Shown: one piece after another, positions 1 through 9,242 of the stretch
Position numbering within the stretch: position 1 is the stretch's first letter
How the letters are laid out: each line of letters opens with the position of its first letter
NCBI GenBank assembly: GCA_046597175.1
Contig: JBKJKY010000068.1
Span: forward strand, 1-41,179
Length of the DNA: 41,179 nucleotides
Origin: Parcubacteria group bacterium
GTDB taxonomy: Bacteria; Patescibacteriota; Minisyncoccia; Phycocordibacterales; Zambryskibacteraceae
Direction: 5' to 3'
The notes under the pieces: model-generated
Told to the model about the DNA's origin: nothing
Databases searched by the model: none
The model's input: only the letters and a program-made list of their open reading frames with translations
Program-made: the position numbers and the translations under genes

Positions 1-117
1 CCGGCGACAAAGCAAACCACCGGATTCAAGACTCGTGAGGAGATCAAAAAAGCTTATGACAGCGGATGGATTACTGAAAAGCAGGGCATTGATGAGATTC
101 AGAGCTTAAAAAAAAAG
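1..117. repeat. Terminal direct repeat, left copy (identical to 41063..41179)
   Basis: Compared base by base. ccggcgacaaagcaaacc...agagcttaaaaaaaaag occurs at both ends. This indicates a circular assembly overlap or terminal redundancy. Confidence 0.95.
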
Positions 118-552
118 CCAGCCCCTCAAGCCATGAATGATTTACCTCCAGCGCTGGTTGATTTTGTAAAGGATCAAGAAGGTTTCGCTCCGAAGGCGTT
201 TGGTGACTACAAGCAAAACTCTATTGGCTACGGAACAAGAGCGCGGTCTAATGGCGAAACACTCACGAAACAGGAAGCTGATATACGGCTACGTGAAGAG
301 TTGGGCACGCATTACCAGCGCATTCAACAGGCTGCGGCCAAGGCTAAGCTTGAACTTTCTGAAGGCCAGATTGCAGCTTTGACTTCCTTTGATTTCAACA
401 CGGGCCACGGCGTGGATCTGATCACAACGTCCAAATCTTTGGATGAGATTAAAGACCGCATGGCACAATACACAAAGGCAGGCGGGAAACATCTTCCAGG
501 CCTTGCCGCACGCAGGAAGAGCGAGCTAGAACTCTTTGAAGGGATGGCATGA
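1..552 (+). CDS. 3' part of a wrap-around gene (5' part at 39479..41179): gp15-like internal virion protein with a C-terminal GH24-type lysozyme domain
   Basis: Frame 1 is open from nt 1 and in phase with the open frame that leaves the window at 41179. The C-terminal roughly 135 aa carry lysozyme motifs: DQEGF (catalytic Glu), IGYGT, ALTSFDFNTG and KAGGKHLPGLAARRKSELELF. Confidence 0.8.
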   Translation, partial: PATKQTTGFKTREEIKKAYDSGWITEKQGIDEIQSLKKKPAPQAMNDLPPALVDFVKDQEGFAPKAFGDYKQNSIGYGTRARSNGETLTKQEADIRLREELGTHYQRIQQAAAKAKLELSEGQIAALTSFDFNTGHGVDLITTSKSLDEIKDRMAQYTKAGGKHLPGLAARRKSELELFEGMA

Positions 553-3500
553 GCGATCCTTTAGAGACGCCATTGGCGCAACCTGATTTGTCACAAGCTC
601 CAGAAGTTGCGGAGTTGGAGTCGGATCGTGCATTTCTGACTGCAAAATCTCCCTCTATCGATTCAACGGAAGAGGATCGTGCTTTTCTGAATGGCAAGAC
701 TCCTGATGCGAATATCCCGATAGGCTTGGATCTCCCTCAGAGCCTTGCTGATACCGCATTCCCTCAAGCGGTAGTGAACGAACTTGGCACGCAAGGCTTG
801 GATAAAGCGGTTGAAGCGTCACATGGTGATATTGAGTGGGCCTTGCGAACCTACAATCATTTATCTGTCGATCAGGCATCAAAGGTGAAGCGCATTGCTA
901 GGGCCGGCAAGATCCCTTTCAGCCTAGTTGATTCTGATCCGAAAACTTTCGCGGAATGGGATGAAGCCAATGGGATTGCTGAGACGCTCATGGCCAAAGA
1001 TGAAAAAGGCGCGTTTAAGAATCCCGTAGCAATGAGGTGGCTTCGCGATCCTGAAAACATGTCCATCCATAAGGATAGTATTCTTGGGCTCCAGAAGATT
1101 GAGGACACGATCCGCGATAGGAAGAACGGCGATATTGGCCGCACTGAATCTTTTATCAACTCTCTTGGCCAGGGGGCGGTGACATCACTTGCTTCGCTGC
1201 CGAAGTATATTGCCACGACCGCGAAGGCTTTGGATATGTTTGGTGAGTACGGTGGTCGGGACGCAACAGATTTAGCCAGTTATCAGTTTGGCCGTTGGCT
1301 TGAAGAAACCGGAAAAGACATCTTTCCAACAAATCCAGAATACTCAAAGGAGTTTTGGAGCGGTCAGGTTCCCAGTGGAATTGGGCAGCTTGGTGGAATG
1401 GTGGTTGGAGGTGGCGCCGGCGGCGCAATGAAGTTTGCTCCATGGGCAACCTCGCTATTTATGGCGGTCGCGGGTGAATCCGCCAACGCTTATGATCAAG
1501 CGAAAGATGAAGGTGCCACTGAAGATCAGGCTTTAGATACCAGCCGGCTGACAGCGCCGGTCGGTCTTTTAGATTCAATCGTACCTGGGCACATGCTTGG
1601 GCGGCTACTGAAAGGCGTGGGGGGAAAGGCGACAAAGCTTCTTCTAAATACAGCTTTTGAAGTTGCCACGGAGGCCGGCACTGAAACGGCTCAGAGCGTA
1701 CTTGAAAACACTGTTGCGAAGAAAGTTTATAACGAAGACAAAGCCTATTGGGATGGAGCTCTTGAATCTGGAGGTGTGGGCGGCATCTCGGCTCTGGTTG
1801 CAAGTTTAGTGATCAGTGCAGCCACAGGGCAGAGAGTCCATCCAAAGACCGGATCTCAGAATGAAGCACAATCTTCAACGGTTCCCGCGAACACCGAGCA
1901 AAGCGCTGGAGAGAAACATCTTGCCGACTTAGTGAATCAAGGGTTGGCAAAGGGCCAGGAGAAGTATGAAACGATCCAGGTTTCCGAAAAGGCGATTACT
2001 GATCTGGATAATTTGAAAGCCACTGCTGAAGGATTGGCGTCGGCTAATCGCGATCCCGATGGTGTAGCGAATTTCATTGATGAGACGTTAAAGCATCATG
2101 GTGAATCAACTGAGGTGGCGGTCGATGCCAAGGCTGTCGCGCAAGTTTTCTTTCAGGACGCAAAGACTCCCGAACAACAAGCGCAGGCTCAGACAAACTT
2201 TGATGCGTTTGTGACTGAAATGGGGGGAACTCCAAGTAAGGCAAGCGAAGCTGTTCTCAATGGCGCCGACATCCTTCTCAACACGGGGCAGTTTATTGCC
2301 AAGTACCGCAATCATCCAGTTTATGAGGCTGTCCGCGAGGACATGAAGAACGGCACTGACCTCGCTAAACAGGATCTTGAGCGGCACATTCAAGACTTTC
2401 AGGAGGAGGCGAAGAAGTTCCAGAAGCAGGCTGAATTGCCTGAAACGCTCAAACTCGCACGCACACGGTTGATGACCGACAAAGAAACTGGTGGGTTGGG
2501 TTTTTCGGCCAAGGAAGCGGATAGTCAAATCGCCATTTGGCACAAAATGCTTGAGGTGACCGCACGCGACCGTGGAACAACGGTTGAGGCTCTTTTAAAA
2601 GCGCAGCCACTCCAAGTGCTTGTCGGTGCCGATGGTAAAACTTTCGTCGAGGCGCTCGCCAAGCAATCACCGTCTCCTGGCGTTGCTGATTCTGTTATCA
2701 AAGCTAAGATTGAGGCGGCAGTTGCCAAAGGCGGGCCGGTCTCAGTGGCAATCGTCGACCGTTTGGGCGTTGAGCTGCCTGACAACTATTTGAATTACGG
2801 GGCCTTTTACGCGCCGGTTAAAGCATCCAATGAAACACTTTCGACAGATGACATGTTGGCACTGGAAAAGGAAGCGCGGGCATTCGATGAGGAAATGCTG
2901 GCTTCGAGCATGGATCAACATGAAGAGTTACTAGATGCCATAAAAGCTCTAGGCGGCATACTCACGCCATCGATGGAAGCGAAGGCGTCGGACATGAAGG
3001 GCGAGGTTCAACGCATCCGAGAGGCTTATGGGAAGCGGCCAGGTCTATTCCGGAAGAATGCTCTGACCTTGGATAAACTTGCCGAAGCGCTGCGTGAGCG
3101 GGGTTTCCATTTCGAGGGGCCCACAGATCTGGCTGAAGCGCTCTACAATCGAGTCAACCAGGGAATTGAGGTTTTCAATGGATCGGCTGAGGAGACGCGG
3201 TTTCAGCCTTCATCTTCTGAGCAATCTGTTGATGATGGGTATGCAAAACTCGCGCAGGAAGCCATTATTGGAAATAGGAGCTTTACAACACCTATACCAT
3301 TGGGAGGAACCCCTGCTGTGTTGAGAGCGTTAGGTTTTAAAGCACTTCCTGTTACGATTGATCAAGACACTCTCATAAAAGCGAGTGGGCCGCTGCACAG
3401 AATTAGTGTTGAAGATTTAAAGCGCCTACCTCAACAAATTCGTGATCCTATTCTTGTTTTTGAATCGTCTAAAACCGCATCCCATCCGGGTTACAATATT

Positions 3501-6500
3501 CTTACTGAATTTAAGCATCCGACGGGCAAGTCCGTTTTTGCTGCAATTCATTTGGAAAGCAGAAAAGGCAAGTGGGTCATCAATGAAGTGGCAACCGTTT
3601 CGGAACGAGGCGACGGACAAGTTCAAGGATGGTTGGATGAGGAACTTCTGAGATATGTAGACGAAAAAAGGGCAACTGACTGGCTCGAGTCTAGAGGGCT
3701 TCAATTGCCCAAAGAGAGAACCGGTGATGTTCAGCTACCCAATAAAAGAATACTTACAAAAGCAGAGGTGGTCAAGAGCAATGGAACTCTGTTCCAAGGT
3801 GCATCCAATCCCCGCGGTGCCATTCAGTTCACAAACGACACTGCCGCGGCGGTTCACCTCTTTCAAACGGCTGACATTTCGACGTTCAGTCATGAGGCTG
3901 TTCATTATCGCTTGCGCCAGATGAAATCCCTCATTGAATCAGGTGAGGCCAGTGAACAGATTTTGAATAATTGGCAGACAATCCTTGAGTTCGCTGGATC
4001 AACCAACGGCGAGCTGACGGTTGAGCAAGAGGAGAAGGTTGCAACAGCTTGGGAAGCTTATTTGATGCGCGGCAAGGCTCCTTCCGTTGAGTTGGTTGAA
4101 CCGTTCCACAATCTGCGCAAGTGGCTCCTGGAGCTCTACAAGTCAGTTAAAGATTTTATGGTGGTGCCAGAGAATTTGAGCAACGTCTTCGACCGAATGC
4201 TTGCAAGCGAGACTGAGATCAAGGAGGCCCGCGAGTATTATGCTACCAAGACCGATATCACAAACCTCATTACAGGGGACGAAACGCAGCGCAAGCGGCT
4301 CATCAAAAGCAAAGAGAATCTTCAGCGCAGCGAGGAGGAGCGGTTGGTTCAGCGCATCCTCAATACTTATTTCCAAGCCATCGGCGGGGAGGAGGCTATC
4401 ACGCAGCGCATTATTAAGGAGATCGATGCTGAACCTTTCTACCAGGCGCTTAAAGGCGCGGAGACGGATAAGATTTCATTGGGTGCCGTGCGCGATACCT
4501 ACGGTGAAGACACGGCGGCGAAGCTTGCGGAAAAGTATCCTCACCTCTTCACTGAAGATGGCTTGCTCACCATTGAGGAGTTGGCTGCCGGCCACGGGAT
4601 GAGCTCGCCAGCTGATTTAGTTCATTCGATGATGACTGAGCCTTCGCGCACGGAAGCTATTGTCCAGCGCAAAGGGGAGGCTATTAAAGAGGAGGAGGCA
4701 CGGATTCGAAAAGATGTTCAGGCTGAATCGGCTACGGGCGCCGATGCGGAACTGCACACGGACAAATCTCTGGCTTACCTCTTATTCGAAGCGCAAGCGC
4801 TCGCCAACGAGTTGAAGATGAAGGTGGCTGGCCGAAGCGTGCGGCTTACCGAAAAGGCTTACAGGGACGCGGCCCGCGACGCCATTGGCCGCATGGAGGT
4901 TGGAACAGCTTCGCAGCATTACAACTTCGCCAGGGCTGAGCGTAAATGGGGGCGTGAGGTGGTTAAGCATCTGACTTCCGGCGATAAGAAGAAAGCTTTT
5001 GAAGCACGGCAAAAGCAGCTTCTCAACCATGCGCTCGTTCAGGAGTCAATTAAGGTGCGTGAGGAGCTGACAAAGATCCAAGCTCGGTATGCCACGCGCA
5101 AGATCACGGCGGCGCTCAAGAATGTCGAGGACGGCTTTCGCGATCCGATCCGCGAGATCCTTTCCAGATACAAGTTGTCTGACGTTCAAAACCAGCATCC
5201 CTATGCCATTGCCGATATCGAGGGGCTGGATGAGGCTCTCTTTGGTAAGGTTCCCGATTTCGTCAAGAACGGGGATAAGCGGGGGGATTACCGCAAATTA
5301 CTGACGATGGATGAGCTGCGCCAGGTGGATGACGCGGTGAAGTCCCTATTGGCCTATGGAAGCAATGAGCTCGCTTCGCTGAAAGCGGCTGACATTCAAA
5401 CCATTGAGGACGCGGTTTCCAAGCTTGGGCAGACAATGGGAACCTTGACGGATAAGAAGACCCCACAGAAAGGCTCCTGGCTCATTCCCATCTACAAGCT
5501 GCGCGAGCTCAATGCCAAATCGTCCCTAATGCAGTTCGTCTCAAATGCGATTGATGGGTTCTCTCTTCAGGCCGAAAAAAAGGTGGGCTTGATGCGCAAA
5601 CTCTTCCAGGGCGTGGTGACTGCTGAAGCGCAGAAGGATAAGCGCTTGGGTGAGGTTATGGAGAAACTCGCGCCTCACATGAAGCAATTGGAGGTTGCGG
5701 TCGCAAGAATCAAGAAACAGTTCGGCAAATACATTCCTGAGTCGGCGCTCGGCCTGCCTCTCAATCCGGAATATGCGAAGAGCGGCGATCAGCAGTGGAC
5801 GGCGGAAAAGCTTCTGGCGGTGATGTTGAACACTGGCAACGATGACAACCTGACCAAGCTTTCCAAGGGGCATGGCTGGGAAATGTCCCATATCGAGAAG
5901 GTTGCCAAGCTTTTTACAGCTGATGAACTGAAAGCGATTCAAGGCGTTTGGGATACGATCCACTCGCTCTATCCTGATCTAGCGCAAGTGCACTTCGATA
6001 TTTACAACACGAAGATGGGGAACATTGAAGCCAAACCGATCACTTTTCTTTCAAAGGATGGCCAGCATGTAACGCTGCCAGGCGGATATTATCCAATCTC
6101 ATACGATCCAATCATTGACAACAAGGCTGCAGCCCAGAAGGAAGAGGATGCGCTGCGGCGGGCCGCGGTGCTGCGGAGCAAGACTCCTCAGAACAGCATG
6201 ACAAAGGGCCGTGTGGCGGGCGTGGTGCGGCCTATTCGTCTGGATCTGAATGTTCTCACCTCCCATCTGGATGACACGGTGAAGGTGATTACACACACGA
6301 AGGTGGTCCGCGATCTAAATCGAATCATCAAGCATCCACTTTTCAAGGGTGGTGTGACCAGCAAGTTTGGGAATGAAATGTATGAGAGTGTGACCAAGTG
6401 GGTGGCTGACATGGCAAATCCTGATCCCAACGTCGCCGAGCACCATGATTTCATGGACAAGATCGCCGACAAGCTGAAAACGATCGTCACCTACAAGCTG

Positions 6501-7505
6501 CTGGGGTTCAACCTGCCTTTGTCGGTGGCGCAGGTGTCGGGGGTGGTGAACGGCTTTGAGCGCATTGGGTCGCGGTGGATGCTCCAGGGCTTTAAGACGA
6601 TTGGTTTCCCTGGCTCTGTTGATGTCTTCCTTGGCAAAGGAGCCCAGTTTGAAGAGATCAAGAAGCTTTCAAAGGTGATTCCTCTCCGTGAAAAATCCTT
6701 GCAGAAGGAAATGAATGACGAGTTTTCGAAGCTGCGCACTGATGGCAAGAGTGGCAAGCTGGCTGAGTTCGCCTTCTGGACACAACAGGCTTTTGACCGG
6801 TTCCATATTATTCCTTTCTGGTCGGGAGCGTTCCAGCAACATCTTGAAACGCTGGCTGATTCTTCCAAGTCGCATGATGAGCAAATTGCTGATGCGGTTG
6901 AGTACGCCGATGCTTTGCTCCTGGAGGTTCAGCCAAGCGGAATGAAGGCCACGCAATCCGAATATCAGAGGGCGCGAACGGGGTTCTATCGACATTTCAA
7001 TATGTTCCAGAGTTTCTTTGCCATGCTTGGAAACAATATCACCTCACGCTCAAGGGCTGTTTATGAAGGGAAGATTCCAAAGAAGGATCTGGTGAAGTAT
7101 ATTGCAGCAATGTGGTTGGCGCAGGTGTTGGAGCAAGCGATGAAGGATCTGCTCAAAGGTAAGATGCCAACGTGGATGGATTCCGTGCTCATCAATCCTC
7201 TTCAGGGCTTTCTGGGGTGGTTCCCTGTGCTCAAAGAAGCCTCAAAGACAATCATTTCAAAGAAAGAGGGTGGTTTTCGATTCGATCTAGCGCGGCTTGT
7301 TCCTCCTGCATTATCGGTACCAGCTAAAGGAGCGGAGAAGATTGCTGGCGCCGTGACTGGCGATAAGGATGCTGGGCCTGCGATATGGGAGGCATCTCAG
7401 TTGGTGAGCTCAGCCTACGGCTTGCCTGTTCAAAACGTCGCGAAGTGGCTTTTCCAGTTACACGACAACTCGCAAGACGAAGACACGTTCGACGGCTACA
7501 AGTAG
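549..7505 (+). CDS. Giant internal virion / ejection protein (T7 gp16 position) with polyvalent-protein-like central modules
   Basis: 2318-aa ORF with an ATGA overlap onto the upstream gene. It follows the gp13/14/15-like genes. The N-terminal 430 aa contain Gly-rich hydrophobic segments. Nt 3325-3700 resemble a MuF-C-terminal-type domain (ISVEDLKRLPQQIRDPILVFES...AAIHLE). An HEAVH zincin motif lies at 3891-3905, followed by an AWEAYLMRGKAPS...LRKWLLELYK block. Confidence 0.75.
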   Translation: MSDPLETPLAQPDLSQAPEVAELESDRAFLTAKSPSIDSTEEDRAFLNGKTPDANIPIGLDLPQSLADTAFPQAVVNELGTQGLDKAVEASHGDIEWALRTYNHLSVDQASKVKRIARAGKIPFSLVDSDPKTFAEWDEANGIAETLMAKDEKGAFKNPVAMRWLRDPENMSIHKDSILGLQKIEDTIRDRKNGDIGRTESFINSLGQGAVTSLASLPKYIATTAKALDMFGEYGGRDATDLASYQFGRWLEETGKDIFPTNPEYSKEFWSGQVPSGIGQLGGMVVGGGAGGAMKFAPWATSLFMAVAGESANAYDQAKDEGATEDQALDTSRLTAPVGLLDSIVPGHMLGRLLKGVGGKATKLLLNTAFEVATEAGTETAQSVLENTVAKKVYNEDKAYWDGALESGGVGGISALVASLVISAATGQRVHPKTGSQNEAQSSTVPANTEQSAGEKHLADLVNQGLAKGQEKYETIQVSEKAITDLDNLKATAEGLASANRDPDGVANFIDETLKHHGESTEVAVDAKAVAQVFFQDAKTPEQQAQAQTNFDAFVTEMGGTPSKASEAVLNGADILLNTGQFIAKYRNHPVYEAVREDMKNGTDLAKQDLERHIQDFQEEAKKFQKQAELPETLKLARTRLMTDKETGGLGFSAKEADSQIAIWHKMLEVTARDRGTTVEALLKAQPLQVLVGADGKTFVEALAKQSPSPGVADSVIKAKIEAAVAKGGPVSVAIVDRLGVELPDNYLNYGAFYAPVKASNETLSTDDMLALEKEARAFDEEMLASSMDQHEELLDAIKALGGILTPSMEAKASDMKGEVQRIREAYGKRPGLFRKNALTLDKLAEALRERGFHFEGPTDLAEALYNRVNQGIEVFNGSAEETRFQPSSSEQSVDDGYAKLAQEAIIGNRSFTTPIPLGGTPAVLRALGFKALPVTIDQDTLIKASGPLHRISVEDLKRLPQQIRDPILVFESSKTASHPGYNILTEFKHPTGKSVFAAIHLESRKGKWVINEVATVSERGDGQVQGWLDEELLRYVDEKRATDWLESRGLQLPKERTGDVQLPNKRILTKAEVVKSNGTLFQGASNPRGAIQFTNDTAAAVHLFQTADISTFSHEAVHYRLRQMKSLIESGEASEQILNNWQTILEFAGSTNGELTVEQEEKVATAWEAYLMRGKAPSVELVEPFHNLRKWLLELYKSVKDFMVVPENLSNVFDRMLASETEIKEAREYYATKTDITNLITGDETQRKRLIKSKENLQRSEEERLVQRILNTYFQAIGGEEAITQRIIKEIDAEPFYQALKGAETDKISLGAVRDTYGEDTAAKLAEKYPHLFTEDGLLTIEELAAGHGMSSPADLVHSMMTEPSRTEAIVQRKGEAIKEEEARIRKDVQAESATGADAELHTDKSLAYLLFEAQALANELKMKVAGRSVRLTEKAYRDAARDAIGRMEVGTASQHYNFARAERKWGREVVKHLTSGDKKKAFEARQKQLLNHALVQESIKVREELTKIQARYATRKITAALKNVEDGFRDPIREILSRYKLSDVQNQHPYAIADIEGLDEALFGKVPDFVKNGDKRGDYRKLLTMDELRQVDDAVKSLLAYGSNELASLKAADIQTIEDAVSKLGQTMGTLTDKKTPQKGSWLIPIYKLRELNAKSSLMQFVSNAIDGFSLQAEKKVGLMRKLFQGVVTAEAQKDKRLGEVMEKLAPHMKQLEVAVARIKKQFGKYIPESALGLPLNPEYAKSGDQQWTAEKLLAVMLNTGNDDNLTKLSKGHGWEMSHIEKVAKLFTADELKAIQGVWDTIHSLYPDLAQVHFDIYNTKMGNIEAKPITFLSKDGQHVTLPGGYYPISYDPIIDNKAAAQKEEDALRRAAVLRSKTPQNSMTKGRVAGVVRPIRLDLNVLTSHLDDTVKVITHTKVVRDLNRIIKHPLFKGGVTSKFGNEMYESVTKWVADMANPDPNVAEHHDFMDKIADKLKTIVTYKLLGFNLPLSVAQVSGVVNGFERIGSRWMLQGFKTIGFPGSVDVFLGKGAQFEEIKKLSKVIPLREKSLQKEMNDEFSKLRTDGKSGKLAEFAFWTQQAFDRFHIIPFWSGAFQQHLETLADSSKSHDEQIADAVEYADALLLEVQPSGMKATQSEYQRARTGFYRHFNMFQSFFAMLGNNITSRSRAVYEGKIPKKDLVKYIAAMWLAQVLEQAMKDLLKGKMPTWMDSVLINPLQGFLGWFPVLKEASKTIISKKEGGFRFDLARLVPPALSVPAKGAEKIAGAVTGDKDAGPAIWEASQLVSSAYGLPVQNVAKWLFQLHDNSQDEDTFDGYK

Positions 7506-7524
7506 TCTGTTTCAGCTCGTGGTT

Positions 7525-7556
7525 GGGGTCATATACAAGCCGATCTTTTTTGATAG
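7525..7556 (+). promoter_or_regulatory. Conserved late-gene motif, copy A (GGGGTCATATACAAG core plus extension shared with copy C)
   Basis: The 15-nt core is identical to 30506..30520 and 32846..32860. The core ends 35 nt upstream of the tail fibre ATG. Confidence 0.5.
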
Positions 7557-7564
7557 GCTTTTTT
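7537..7564 (+). terminator. Candidate intrinsic terminator after the giant gene
   Basis: AAGCCGATC-TTTTTT-GATAGGCTT hairpin (8 bp with one mismatch) followed by TTTT. It overlaps the motif A extension. Confidence 0.4.
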
Positions 7565-7573
7565 CAACCGCTC

Positions 7574-8905
7574 ATGATTGAATCCGCTCAACCACGCTCT
7601 GACTATACTGGCAACGGCGTAGCCACGACCTTTGCTTATACGTTCCCCGTAACGAGCAAGAACAACGTCTTAGTCACGAAGACTTTAATTTCTTCAGGTG
7701 CCTCTACCACTTCTGTGGTGGACGTAGACTACACAGTCAATGGTGTCAGCAACGCATCGTCTGCAGCGTGGACGATTACAATGCCGATCTCGGGTGCTGC
7801 AATTTCTTCGCTTTATAGAATCACGATCACACCTAATTTAAGTTTAAAACAGCTCACAGATTTTGAAAATCAGGGCGGCTTCAATGCCGACACGCACGAG
7901 TCGTCTTTTGATTATCTCACGATAGTCGCTCAACAAATCCAAGAGCAAGTTGATCGGGCTGTCAAACTTGGCATTGGTAGCACGGACAGTGCTGATGCTA
8001 TTTTAACGAGTATCGACGCTTCAAAGGCATCCTGCACGGCGTCAGCCTCTGCTGCGGCGACAAGTGCAACTGCGGCGGCAACGTCAGCCACAGCGGCAGC
8101 TACTTCTGCAACGGCTTCCGCTACTTCTGCAACGGCATCGGCGGCAAGCGCGGCCTCGGCAAGCGCGATTGCGGCTGGTGTACTTACCACGAAGGGCGAC
8201 ACAGTTGGATTTAGCACGGTCGTTGCTCGGCTTGCGGTTGGCACTAACAACCAAGTTTTGACGGCTGACAGCGCTCAAACTTTAGGTGTCAAATGGGCCA
8301 CCCCAACAACACCGACTTTCGATAGCCTTGCTCCTACCACAACGGAAGGCGATTTAATCTATCGCAGCGCCACGGTCAATACTCGCCTGGCTAAAGGTAC
8401 GACGCTTCAGCAATTGCGTATGAATGCAGGTGCTACCGCTCCTGAATGGTTTACGGGTTCGACGGGTGGTGGCGACGTCATTATTGTTTCTGACGTTAAA
8501 GCGTCTGGCACGGCGGGTGGCACGGCGACAACTGGCTCCTTCCAGACTCGTACCATCCAAACGGAGGATGCTGACACGGGCAACAACTGCACTATTGCAG
8601 CAAATCAAATTACATTACTAGCAGGGACTTATCGTTGCGTTATCCAAATCCCTTTTTATTCTACGGCTGAAACAATCACGCGGCTTAGAAATATTACGGA
8701 TTCAACAACCACCGTCAATGGGTCTTCCCTCTTTCATTCGGCTTTTGGTCATTCTTTCATTGTGGGGCGCTTCACGATTGCGGCTTCAAAAACTTTCGAG
8801 ATCCAATACTGGGCTACCTCGGGCGGCGGCGGCACGAACGGCCTCGGTTATGTCACAAGTTTAGGCTCGGAAGTTTATACGCGAGCAATTTTCTGGAAGG
8901 AATAA
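7574..8905 (+). CDS. Tail fibre protein
   Basis: The first ATG after the intergenic motif gives MIESAQPRSDYTGNGVATTFAYTFPV, an N-terminus typical of podovirus fibres. It has an Ala/Ser/Thr heptad tract (AAATSAT x3 and variants, about nt 8040-8170) and sits after the gp16-like gene. Confidence 0.7.
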   Translation: MIESAQPRSDYTGNGVATTFAYTFPVTSKNNVLVTKTLISSGASTTSVVDVDYTVNGVSNASSAAWTITMPISGAAISSLYRITITPNLSLKQLTDFENQGGFNADTHESSFDYLTIVAQQIQEQVDRAVKLGIGSTDSADAILTSIDASKASCTASASAAATSATAAATSATAAATSATASATSATASAASAASASAIAAGVLTTKGDTVGFSTVVARLAVGTNNQVLTADSAQTLGVKWATPTTPTFDSLAPTTTEGDLIYRSATVNTRLAKGTTLQQLRMNAGATAPEWFTGSTGGGDVIIVSDVKASGTAGGTATTGSFQTRTIQTEDADTGNNCTIAANQITLLAGTYRCVIQIPFYSTAETITRLRNITDSTTTVNGSSLFHSAFGHSFIVGRFTIAASKTFEIQYWATSGGGGTNGLGYVTSLGSEVYTRAIFWKE

Positions 8906-8907
8906 TT

Positions 8908-9237
8908 ATGGAACTATCCCGAATTATGGCGGTCTTGAACCCTGGTGAGAATGTAGCTCCAGATCTGTCGTCATATGACGCGATGGTCGCTAAATGGCGC
9001 GGCACTGGCGCGGCTCCTACTCGCCAAGTAGTTGAAGGGAAATGGGCTGAGATCAAAGCGGCTCAAGATGCCGTGGCCTACAAAGTCCAACGTGAGGAGG
9101 CTTACGTCGAACAGGGCGCCACTGTCGAAGCACTTGTTTACGCGCTGTGGGAAATGATCGTCGAAAATGATTTCACTGCCGCTAATGAAATCCAAGCGAA
9201 ACGTGTCGCCATTAAAGCTCAATTTCCAAAATCCTAA
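8908..9237 (+). CDS. Hypothetical protein (possible fibre-associated or assembly protein)
   Basis: 109-aa ORF packed tightly after the tail fibre gene. No motif recognised. Confidence 0.5.
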   Translation: MELSRIMAVLNPGENVAPDLSSYDAMVAKWRGTGAAPTRQVVEGKWAEIKAAQDAVAYKVQREEAYVEQGATVEALVYALWEMIVENDFTAANEIQAKRVAIKAQFPKS

Positions 9238-9242
9238 CTACC

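Noticed and set aside
655-6995. About 20 ORFs of 60-145 aa, on the - strand or in alternative frames, inside the giant gene
   Set aside because: All lie wholly within a continuous 6.9-kb frame whose content reads like real protein. Their compositions (Arg/Ser/Leu/Pro-rich) are typical of spurious overlapping frames.
7525-7539. A T7/SP6-class promoter read by a phage-encoded single-subunit RNA polymerase
   Set aside because: The genome is complete and has no RNAP-like ORF. I also found no motif A/B/C pattern in the giant virion protein. The similarity to the SP6 promoter (9 of 15) is kept only as a remark.
7385-7573. An N-terminal extension of the tail fibre ORF (the track starts at 7385, overlapping the giant gene)
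   Set aside because: The extension is Arg/Ser-rich, starts at a non-ATG codon, overlaps the 3' end of the 2318-aa gene, and runs through the intergenic motif and hairpin. The ATG at 7574 gives a typical fibre N-terminus.
7930-8278. ORFs on both strands across the Ala/Ser/Thr tract of the tail fibre gene
   Set aside because: They are artefacts of the GC-rich GCN-rich heptad repeat region within the fibre gene.
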